Of a stretch of 64,000 nt of DNA, positions 56,697 to 64,000 are shown piece after piece. Source of the DNA: Candidatus Latescibacterota bacterium (lineage in GTDB: Bacteria; Latescibacterota; UBA2968; UBA8231); assembly GCA_965215195.1 (NCBI GenBank), contig CBDCDC010000002.1, positions 1,888,001 to 1,952,000 on the forward strand. Reading direction: 5' to 3'. Both the position numbers and the translations under genes were made by a program. The notes under the pieces were generated by a model, which saw only the letters and a list, made by a program, of their open reading frames with translations, did no database searches and was not told the origin of the DNA. Position 1 is the first letter of the stretch, and every line of letters starts with the position of its first letter.

Positions 56697-58063
56697 GTTC
56701 TGCCGTACTGCTTTACCTTGCGGTAGAGCGTACTGAGGCCGATTTGCAGGATTTCGGCCGCCCGCCGTCGGTCGTGGCCAACGGCCTTCAGGGTCTCGGC
56801 AATGGCCATCTGTTCGATCTCGGCCATGCTCATGCCGACGCGAAAACCCAACCCGGGAAAGACGCGCTCGTGGCGGTTGATGTAGCGCGGGATGTCCCCG
56901 ACCTCGAGTACGCCGTCGCGGGAGCACATGACGACCATGCCCTCGATGCAGTTTTTCAATTCCCGCACATTGCCCGGCCAGTCGTAATCGCGCAACACGT
57001 CTAAGGCCCGCGGCCGAAGGCCCGCGATGCGCTTGTCGTTCTCGGCGGCGAACTGCCGGATGAACGCGTCGGCGAGGATGGGTATGTCCTCGCGGCACTC
57101 GCGCAGTGGCGGCACTTCGATCTTGATTACATTGAGCCGGTAGAAGAGATCCGCCCGGAAGGTGCCCTCCCGCACCATGGCTTCGAGATCGCGGTGCGTC
57201 GCCCCGATCAAGCGCACATCGGCCTGCCGGGTCTGGGTGCCGCCGATCCGCTCAAAGCGACCGTCCTGAATCACCCGCAAGAGCTTCACCTGCGTCGGCA
57301 GGGGAATGTCGCCGACTTCGTCGAGGAACAAGGTGCCTTGATCGGCCAGTTCAAAGCGCCCTTTGCGTGCGGCTACGGCCCCGGTATAGGCCCCCTTTTC
57401 GTGGCCGAAAAGCTCGTTTTCGACCAAGCTCTCCGGCAGGGCACCGCAGTTGATCTCGACGAAGGCGTTTTCCCGCCGGCGGCTCCGTTGGTGAATGGCC
57501 TTTGCCACCTCGCCCTTGCCCGTGCCGGTCTCGCCGGTGATCAGAACGCTGGTGCGCGATTGGGCTACCTGTTCGATCTGGAGGTGAATGCGCTGCCACG
57601 ACGATGAGCGGCGGGCGATGTCGTCAAAGCGGTAGCGCTCGTCCAAGCGGCGCTGTAGATCCGAGACCTCCCCCACTAGCTGCTGGTAGCGCAGGCCCTT
57701 TTCCAACACCGCGCCGACCTTGGCCAAATTCAGCGGCTGTAGCTGAAAGTCGTAGGCCCCTTGGCGCATCGCTTCAACCCCCAGCTCAATGTCTTCGGGC
57801 TCGGCAATGGCAATCGCGCAGATGGCCGGATTGCGCTTGTGGGCCAGTTGCTGAACTCGCAATCCGTCGATGCGCTTCTCGCGCAGGGCGTAGATCAGCG
57901 CGTCAACCGCATCGGCGTCGAGTATGTCGTACGCGCTCGGGCCCTCGTGCGCCCAGAGCACTTCGTACGCTCGCTGTTCTAGATAGAAAATCAGCGCTCG
58001 GGCCGGCTGGGATTCGGGCAGCACGACCAACAGCCGCGGCTGCGCATGGCACTTCTCGCTCAC
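56693..58063 (-). CDS. Sigma54-dependent NtrC-family activator with a degenerate receiver domain
   Basis: GETGTGK, ELFGHEKGAYTGA, LFLDEVG, FRADLFYRLNV, WPGNVREL and C-terminal HTH. GTG start overlaps the rlmD stop. Confidence 0.9.
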   Translation of the reverse strand: MSEKCHAQPRLLVVLPESQPARALIFYLEQRAYEVLWAHEGPSAYDILDADAVDALIYALREKRIDGLRVQQLAHKRNPAICAIAIAEPEDIELGVEAMRQGAYDFQLQPLNLAKVGAVLEKGLRYQQLVGEVSDLQRRLDERYRFDDIARRSSSWQRIHLQIEQVAQSRTSVLITGETGTGKGEVAKAIHQRSRRRENAFVEINCGALPESLVENELFGHEKGAYTGAVAARKGRFELADQGTLFLDEVGDIPLPTQVKLLRVIQDGRFERIGGTQTRQADVRLIGATHRDLEAMVREGTFRADLFYRLNVIKIEVPPLRECREDIPILADAFIRQFAAENDKRIAGLRPRALDVLRDYDWPGNVRELKNCIEGMVVMCSRDGVLEVGDIPRYINRHERVFPGLGFRVGMSMAEIEQMAIAETLKAVGHDRRRAAEILQIGLSTLYRKVKQYGRT

Positions 58064-59418
58064 GGGGCGACCTGCTTGCACAACTCCACGACCACCTCGC
58101 AGTGCGGCGTTTGGGGGAACATATCTACGGGCTGTACGCTGCGGACGCCGTACCCAGCCCGGCCCAAAGCGCACAGATCGCCGGCTAGCGCGTGGACATT
58201 GCAGGAGACGTAAATGATGCGCGGTGGTGCCAACGCGCACAGACCGGCCAGCGCCTTTTTGTGGATCCCGGGACGCGGTGGATCGACGACAGCTAAGTCA
58301 AAATGCTGGCCTTGTGCCGCCAATTTCCCGAGTATGTCCTCGGCTGCGCCGACCACGAACTCGCAGTGTTCTATCCGATTGCGCCCGGCGTTGCGCCGCG
58401 CGTCCTCCACTGCTTCAGCGACCACTTCGATGCCCAACACGAACTGGGACTGGCGCGCCAAAAGCAGGCTGATACTGCCCGTGCCGCAGTACAAATCCAG
58501 CACGGCCTTTTGCGGCCCGGCCGCGCGGGCTATGACCTCGTAGAGCCGCTCGGCTTGCAGCGAATTCGTCTGAAAAAAGGACTGGGGAGAAATGTCGAAT
58601 TCGAGGCCAGCGCACACTTCGGCGATGCGCCCTCTCCCCTTGAGCACAAACTCGCGTTCCCCGGCCGCTACTTGGGCTTTGCCGGTGTGCAAGGTGACGA
58701 GCAAGACGTCAATTTCGGGTACAGCGTCCAACAGTTGCTCGGCGAGTTGCCGGACTCCTCGGTCGGGATACGAAGACACCACGAGGTTGACCATCACTTC
58801 TCCGCTCCGCTTGCCCTCGCGTACCACCAAGAAGCGCAACAGCCCTTGGTGCCGCTTCAGGTCGTACGCGCTCAGGCCCAACCCTTGGCTGATGCGGCGG
58901 GCCGCTTTGACAATGCGGTTGGAAGTGCGCGACTGTAGATGGCACTCTTCGACGTCGAAGATCCAATTGAAACGCCCGCGGACGTGCAAGCCCAGTTGCA
59001 GCAAGCCTTCGCGATCCGTGCCAAAGGAAAATTCCATTTTGTTGCGATAGAAAAAGGGGGTCGGGCTGGGCAAAATCGGGGCTGCGGCCGGCAGCGGCAG
59101 CCCACTGGTCGCCAATGCGCTGGCGACCATCTGCTCCTTGACGGCGAGCTGGGCCGCATAGGGCAATTCCTGCCAGCGACAGCCGCCGCAACGTCCAAAG
59201 TGAGTGCAACGAGGCTCCTCGCGCTTGTAGCTCTCTGCAAGGAACTCCTCCACCTCGGCCTCGAAGCGCCCTTTGCGCTTCTTTACGACCCGGGCGGCGA
59301 CCCAATCCCCGGGAACGGACTGACGCACGACGACCTCGCGGTGCCCGACATAAGCCAGCCCGTCGCCCTTGGCGGTGAGCGCGGCGACCTCAACCTCGAT
59401 GCGATCTCCTCGTTTCAC
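58060..59418 (-). CDS. rlmD: 23S rRNA (uracil-5)-methyltransferase RlmD
   Basis: TRAM N-terminus; C.HFG.CGGC, YRNKMEF, SFFQTN, LDLYCGTG, VDPPRPG, YVSCN and DMFPQT.H.E motifs. Confidence 0.93.
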   Translation of the reverse strand: MKRGDRIEVEVAALTAKGDGLAYVGHREVVVRQSVPGDWVAARVVKKRKGRFEAEVEEFLAESYKREEPRCTHFGRCGGCRWQELPYAAQLAVKEQMVASALATSGLPLPAAAPILPSPTPFFYRNKMEFSFGTDREGLLQLGLHVRGRFNWIFDVEECHLQSRTSNRIVKAARRISQGLGLSAYDLKRHQGLLRFLVVREGKRSGEVMVNLVVSSYPDRGVRQLAEQLLDAVPEIDVLLVTLHTGKAQVAAGEREFVLKGRGRIAEVCAGLEFDISPQSFFQTNSLQAERLYEVIARAAGPQKAVLDLYCGTGSISLLLARQSQFVLGIEVVAEAVEDARRNAGRNRIEHCEFVVGAAEDILGKLAAQGQHFDLAVVDPPRPGIHKKALAGLCALAPPRIIYVSCNVHALAGDLCALGRAGYGVRSVQPVDMFPQTPHCEVVVELCKQVAP

Positions 59419-59430
59419 GTGCCTCTATCT

Positions 59431-59470
59431 AAAATGCAAACGGGGCAAGATGGTCATCATCTTGCCCCGT
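59431..59470 (-). terminator. Intrinsic terminator of the alpha operon
   Basis: Perfect 13-bp stem ACGGGGCAAGATG/CATCTTGCCCCGT followed on the minus strand by TTGCATTTT. Confidence 0.8.
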
Positions 59471-59493
59471 CGCTACTGCCTTGGACGCCCACC

Positions 59494-59889
59494 TTATTCT
59501 TCGGCCTGCTGCGTCTCTTCCGCGGCCGCCCCAGGACGATCCACGAGCTCGACGATACTCATAAATGCCCCGTCGCCGCGGCGCGGCCCTAACTTGATTA
59601 GGCGCGTATAACCTCCGTTGCGGCTTTTGTAGCGCGGGCCCAGTTCGTCAAAGAGCTTGGCGACCACTTGCTTGTCGGCTATGACGCGCAACACTTGGCG
59701 CCGGGCGTGCAAGTCGCCTTTCTTGGCGCAGGTCAGCACCCGCTCGGCCGTGCGCTTGAGCTCTTTGGCGCGCGTCTGGGTGGTGGTGACGCGCTCGTTG
59801 ATAAAGAGCGAGGCCATCATGTTGGACAACATGGCCTTGCGGTGCGGGGCCGTGCGCCCCAGCTTAGCTATTTTTTTTCCGTGTCTCAT
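59494..59889 (-). CDS. rplQ: 50S ribosomal protein L17
   Basis: MRHGKK..KLGR...HR.A and GGYTR..K.G.R.GD.A motifs. Confidence 0.97.
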   Translation of the reverse strand: MRHGKKIAKLGRTAPHRKAMLSNMMASLFINERVTTTQTRAKELKRTAERVLTCAKKGDLHARRQVLRVIADKQVVAKLFDELGPRYKSRNGGYTRLIKLGPRRGDGAFMSIVELVDRPGAAAEETQQAEE

Positions 59890-59891
59890 AG

Positions 59892-60914
59892 CTAGTATTC
59901 TTCCGCCAGCGGGTTGTCCGCGTTTTGGTCGATCTCAATGCCGGCGTACGGACTCAGGTCCATGCCCCAGCTAAGATTGTTTTTCTCGAGTATCTTCTGC
60001 AACTCGTCGAGCGATTTGCGGCCGAAGTTGCGATACTGGAGCATCTCGGCCTCCGTGCGCGACACCAAGTCCCTGAGATGGGTGATCCCCGCGGCTTTGA
60101 GGCAGTTGGCCGAGCGCACTGTCAACTCAATTTCTTCGACCGGCGTTTGCAAGAGCTGGGCGATTTTCTTGGCCTCCTCGTCAACTTCCTTTTCGTCCGC
60201 GCTTTCTGGCTCTTCTTTGAAGTTGATAAAAAGGCTCAGGTGTTCGGTCAGGATCCGGGCGGCTTGGGACATGGCATCCTCGGGATGCACTGAGCCATCG
60301 GTCCAGACTTCCATAATCAGCTTGTCGTAGTCGGTGCGCCGCCCGACGCGTGCGTTCTCGATCTCGTAGTGGACCTTGAGGATCGGCGAATAGTTCGCAT
60401 CGAGCGGAATAGCACCTATGGGCTGGGGCTGATCCGGAATTTTGTTCTCCTCGGCGAACTGGTAGCCGCGGCCGCGGCCGACCGTCAGTTCCATTTTCAG
60501 GGAAGCCCCTTTGTCCAAGGTGGCGATGTGTAGGTCGGGATTTATCACCTCGACGCTGGGGTCCACTTCTAGATCCTTGGCTACCAAGGCTCCTTCTGTC
60601 GTGCGTTCGACGCGCAAGACGCGATCCTCCTCGCCGCGATAGCGGATCGCCACTTCCTTGAAGTTGCGCACGATCTCCGGCACGTCCTCGCGCACTCCGG
60701 CAATCGTGGAAAACTCGTGATGCACACCTTCGATATTGACTTGCTTGATCGCGACTCCTTGGATAAAGGACAACAATACGCGGCGCAGCGCGTGCCCTAT
60801 AGAGACGCCAAAACCGCGCTCGAGCGGCTGGACAATAAACATGCCATACGTCTTGCTGAGGCTTTCTTTTTCGACCTCGGCCAGCCTCGGCATCTGGAGA
60901 CCTTCTAATTTCAT
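59892..60914 (-). CDS. rpoA: RNA polymerase subunit alpha
   Basis: [35 protein letters not shown] and NFGRKSL motifs. Confidence 0.97.
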   Translation of the reverse strand: MKLEGLQMPRLAEVEKESLSKTYGMFIVQPLERGFGVSIGHALRRVLLSFIQGVAIKQVNIEGVHHEFSTIAGVREDVPEIVRNFKEVAIRYRGEEDRVLRVERTTEGALVAKDLEVDPSVEVINPDLHIATLDKGASLKMELTVGRGRGYQFAEENKIPDQPQPIGAIPLDANYSPILKVHYEIENARVGRRTDYDKLIMEVWTDGSVHPEDAMSQAARILTEHLSLFINFKEEPESADEKEVDEEAKKIAQLLQTPVEEIELTVRSANCLKAAGITHLRDLVSRTEAEMLQYRNFGRKSLDELQKILEKNNLSWGMDLSPYAGIEIDQNADNPLAEEY

Positions 60915-60957
60915 ACTTTAGCCTCTTGCCCCTTGGTTGATTGGGCGGAGTAAAACT

Positions 60958-61584
60958 TCAGACGCGAGAATAAAACTCAATGACCAGTTGCTCTTCGGCG
61001 ACCGTGGGAATGTCTTCGCGGCCGGGGAGCTCTGCTACGGTTCCAGTCAAGTTGACCTTGTCTATGGCCAGCCAAGGCACGGTCTCCCGCGAGCGCCGCA
61101 GCGATTCGTGAATGGCCTCTAGCTGGCGACTGCGCTCGGCGACCTGCACCATATCGCCCATCCGGGTCAGATAGGAAGGGATATTGACCCGCTTGCCGTT
61201 TACCAAGATGTGGTTGTGGCGCACTAGCTGGCGCGCGGCCTTGCGCGATGGCGCAAACCCGAGCCGATAGACGATGTTGTCGAGGCGGTGCTCCAACAGG
61301 CGCAGCAGGTTTTCGCCGCTGACGCCCGGTACGCGCGACGCTTCCTTGTAGTAGCCCCTGAACTGGCCTTCGCGGATTCCGTAGAGCCGAGCTAATTTTT
61401 GCTTGGCCCGTAGCTGCACACTGTAGTCGGACTGCTTGCGCCGCAAGCCCTGGCCGTGTTGGCCCGGGGCATAACTGCGCCGCTCAAAGGAGCATTTTTC
61501 GAGGTTGCAACGCTCGCCCTTCAGGAAGAGTTTGGCCCCTTCCCGGCGGCAGAAGCGACAGTTGGGACCTGTATGCCTGCTCAT
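60958..61584 (-). CDS. rpsD: 30S ribosomal protein S4 (zinc-binding form)
   Basis: CRFCRREG..LFLKGERC...KC, PGQHG and RLDNIVYRLG motifs. Confidence 0.97.
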   Translation of the reverse strand: MSRHTGPNCRFCRREGAKLFLKGERCNLEKCSFERRSYAPGQHGQGLRRKQSDYSVQLRAKQKLARLYGIREGQFRGYYKEASRVPGVSGENLLRLLEHRLDNIVYRLGFAPSRKAARQLVRHNHILVNGKRVNIPSYLTRMGDMVQVAERSRQLEAIHESLRRSRETVPWLAIDKVNLTGTVAELPGREDIPTVAEEQLVIEFYSRV

Positions 61585-61600
61585 AACGTGGTTAGCTCCT

Positions 61601-61993
61601 CTAAACGCGACGGCGCTTGGGCGGCCGACAACCGTTGTGCGGCATGGGCGTCACGTCGCGGATTGCGGAAATCTCGAGCCCGGCGTTTTGCAGCGCGCGG
61701 ATTGCGGACTCGCGCCCTACCCCCGGCCCCTTGACCCAGACCTCCACGCGGCGCAACCCCATATTCATGGCTTCTTGAGCGGCCCTCTCCGCGGCGAGCT
61801 GGCCGGCAAAGGGCGTAGATTTGCGACTGCCCTTGATCCCCGCCGCCTTGTGGGGCGTCGCCCAAGAAATGACATTGCCCCTAGTATCGGTAAGGGTGAT
61901 AATCGTGTTATTGAACGTGGCCAGAATGTGAGCCACGCCCACGGCCTCGACCTGTTTTGCTTTCTTGCGTCTCTTGCGTCTTTCGGGCGGCAA
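61601..61993 (-). CDS. rpsK: 30S ribosomal protein S11
   Basis: [24 protein letters not shown] and [17 protein letters not shown] motifs. Confidence 0.97.
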   Translation of the reverse strand: MPPERRKRRKKAKQVEAVGVAHILATFNNTIITLTDTRGNVISWATPHKAAGIKGSRKSTPFAGQLAAERAAQEAMNMGLRRVEVWVKGPGVGRESAIRALQNAGLEISAIRDVTPMPHNGCRPPKRRRV

Positions 61994-62020
61994 AGGTCCA
62001 TCCTCTCTGTTTGGGTTGAT

Positions 62021-62401
62021 CTACTTGGCGGGGGCCTTTTTCTTGCCGGCAATGGCTCGTCGCGGCCCCTTGCGCGTACGGGCGTTGGTCTTAGTGCGCT
62101 GGCCGTTGGCCGGCAGCCCGCGGCGATGCCGCAAACCCCGATAGCAGCCAATGTCCATCAGCCGCTTGACATTCATGGTGGTTTCGCCGCGCAGGCTGCC
62201 TTCGACCTTGTGGCTGACCTCGATGATCGAGCGCAAACTGTTGACCTGGTCGTCGCTCAGCTCGCTGATGCGAGTCTGGGGGTCAATTCTCGCTTGGGAG
62301 GCGATGCGATGGGCCGTCGCGTGCCCAATGCCAAAGATATAGGTCAGTGCGATGGCGACTCGCTTGTCGCGGGGTAAATCTACACCTGCTATGCGCGCCA
62401 T
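62021..62401 (-). CDS. rpsM: 30S ribosomal protein S13
   Basis: True start [10 protein letters not shown] at 62401; [24 protein letters not shown]. Confidence 0.97.
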   Translation of the reverse strand: MARIAGVDLPRDKRVAIALTYIFGIGHATAHRIASQARIDPQTRISELSDDQVNSLRSIIEVSHKVEGSLRGETTMNVKRLMDIGCYRGLRHRRGLPANGQRTKTNARTRKGPRRAIAGKKKAPAK

Positions 62402-62412
62402 AGTGTTATTCC

Positions 62413-62529
62413 TCAGCCTTGTCTCTGCTTGTGGCGGGGATTGCGCTTGCATATCACGCGCACGACCCCGTTCCGACGGACGATCTTGCACTCGGTACAG
62501 CGCTTGCTGACGGAGGCTCTAACTTTCAC
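62413..62529 (-). CDS. rpmJ: 50S ribosomal protein L36 (not in the ORF track)
   Basis: Hand translation from GTG gives [38 protein letters not shown] (38 aa, CxxC..C..H). Confidence 0.95.
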   Translation of the reverse strand: MKVRASVSKRCTECKIVRRNGVVRVICKRNPRHKQRQG

Positions 62530-62580
62530 GGTACTCGCTCCCAATGAGGTGGTGGTCGCATCAAACAGGGCCTACGCTTT

Positions 62581-63924
62581 TTAGCCGCGGCGGCCTTGGA
62601 TCTTGCCCCGCTTCATAAAGCCCTCGTAGTGGCGAGTCATTAGCTGGGACTCTAACTGCTGCAAGGTGTCTAGCGCCACGCCGACGACGATCAACAGCCC
62701 GGTCCCGCCAAAAAATTGGGCAAACGAAGGGGCCACGTTGAATTGCCTTGTGACGAAGAAGGGAAAAATCGCCACCATCGCGAGGGCCATGGACCCCGGC
62801 AGGGTAATGCGCGTCATAATGCCGTCAATGTACTGGGCGGTCCGGGGGCCGGGGCGAACGCCCGGGATGAATCCCCCGTGCTTTTTCATGTTGTCGGCGA
62901 GCTGGTTGGGATCCATGACGATGGCCGTATAAAAATAAGTAAAGAAGATGATCATGAGCGCATAAACGAACCAATAAAACATGGATTCGGTTGAGAAAAA
63001 CGAACCAATCGCCAGCATAAACTCATGGCCGGGGAACATCTGCGTGATCGTACCGGGCAGAAACATGATCGACTGGGCAAATATGATCGGAATCACGCCC
63101 GCGGTGTTGATCCGCAGCGGAATGTGCGTGGTTTGGCCGCCGTACACCCGCCGCCCGACGACGCGCTTGGCGTACTGCACGGGAATTTTGCGCAGGCCCT
63201 GGGTCAGCAAGATCACAAAGGCCACTACGGCGAACATTAGCGCGACGAGGAAGATCTCTTCAATGATGTTCTTGCTAAAACCTCGGTTAATGATAAAGAG
63301 ATTGTACTCCTGATTGATCGCGTAGGGCAACTCGGCGATGATGCCAATGAAGATGATCAGGGAAATGCCGTTGCCAATGCCGCGCTCGGTGATCTGCTCA
63401 CCCAACCACATGATAAAGATCGTACCAGTGGTGATCGTCAGCATGGTCGCCAGCGTAAAGCCAAGGCCCGGTTCGGCGACTGCCGGCTGACCCGAGTACG
63501 GGGCCTTGATGCTGGTAATGAAAAAACTGACGCCGTAGGACTGAGCAGCCGCGAGAAAGACCGTGCCATAGCGCGTGTACTGGGTGATTTTCTTGCGCCC
63601 CTCTTCGCCTTCGCGCTGCAGTTTCTGGAAGTAGGGAATAACCGCGCCCAGCAATTGCAAAATAATCGAGGCACTGATGTAGGGCATGATGCCCAGCGCG
63701 AAAATTGTCCCACGGGTAAAGGCACCGCCCACAAACATATCGTACAGCCCAAAAAGGGTGTTGCCGGCGCTTTCAAAGTACTCTTTGAGTACGACCAACT
63801 CAACGCCGGGGACCGTGATCTGACCGCCGATGCGATAGACGACCAAAAGTCCGATGGTGAATAGAATCCGACGCCGTAAATCGGGAATTTTGAAGCAGTT
63901 TTGAAAACTCTGCACCAGTTGCAT
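62581..63924 (-). CDS. secY: Preprotein translocase SecY
   Basis: IFALGIMPYISASII.QLL, WLGEQITERGIGNGISL, AGVIPIIFA, FIPGVRPG and GGTGLLIVVGV motifs. Confidence 0.97.
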   Translation of the reverse strand: MQLVQSFQNCFKIPDLRRRILFTIGLLVVYRIGGQITVPGVELVVLKEYFESAGNTLFGLYDMFVGGAFTRGTIFALGIMPYISASIILQLLGAVIPYFQKLQREGEEGRKKITQYTRYGTVFLAAAQSYGVSFFITSIKAPYSGQPAVAEPGLGFTLATMLTITTGTIFIMWLGEQITERGIGNGISLIIFIGIIAELPYAINQEYNLFIINRGFSKNIIEEIFLVALMFAVVAFVILLTQGLRKIPVQYAKRVVGRRVYGGQTTHIPLRINTAGVIPIIFAQSIMFLPGTITQMFPGHEFMLAIGSFFSTESMFYWFVYALMIIFFTYFYTAIVMDPNQLADNMKKHGGFIPGVRPGPRTAQYIDGIMTRITLPGSMALAMVAIFPFFVTRQFNVAPSFAQFFGGTGLLIVVGVALDTLQQLESQLMTRHYEGFMKRGKIQGRRG

Positions 63925-64000
63925 CAAATCACCTCGGCCTGGCCGCCCGCTTTGGCGATTTTCTCTGCTGCCGCAGCGGAAAATTTGTGCGCCTTGACCG
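63924..64000 (-). CDS. rplO: 50S ribosomal protein L15, C-terminal fragment
   Basis: Hand translation gives VKAHKFSAAAAEKIAKAGGQAEVI*; the stop overlaps the secY ATG. Confidence 0.9.
   Translation of the reverse strand, partial: VKAHKFSAAAAEKIAKAGGQAEVI

Overview
A GC-rich bacterial chromosome window. The gene content (FlgD-Ig C-terminal proteins, PorV-like barrel, Bat and Gld-type genes, NHL and receptor-L repeat lipoproteins) suggests an FCB-superphylum organism such as Latescibacterota, possibly a host-associated symbiont; this taxonomy is inference only. Four blocks are visible. (1) 1-19 kb, + strand: an envelope cluster with two paralogous Asp-rich putative beta-barrels, two paralogous lipoproteins, a discoidin/FlgD-Ig protein, a PorV-like barrel, a 1090-aa TPR protein, ExbB plus two ExbD (one with Asn at the essential Asp), a SurA/PpiC-like lipoprotein, an OPT-like membrane protein, and FGE-like and receptor-L lipoproteins. 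(2) 19-29 kb: tandem NHL lipoproteins, a DUF6785-like membrane protein, hicAB, and a large M28-like/FtsX fusion. (3) 29-35.5 kb: a decaying defence island. An intact type III restriction (Res) gene ends in an antitoxin-like tail and is translationally coupled to an intact VapC, while three upstream genes (UvrD-like, a second AlbA-ATPase copy, Mod) are each collapsed to only their two ends. (4) 35.5-64 kb: housekeeping genes, namely manA-like, a Gfo/Idh/MocA oxidoreductase, moxR-DUF58-gldAFG-DUF4340-batABCDE, an LpoA-like protein, a ClpX-like ATPase, a sigma54 activator, rlmD and the rplO-secY-rpmJ-rpsM-rpsK-rpsD-rpoA-rplQ operon. I saw no rRNA, tRNA, CRISPR array, integrase or transposase. All family assignments come from motifs recognised by eye, not from database searches.
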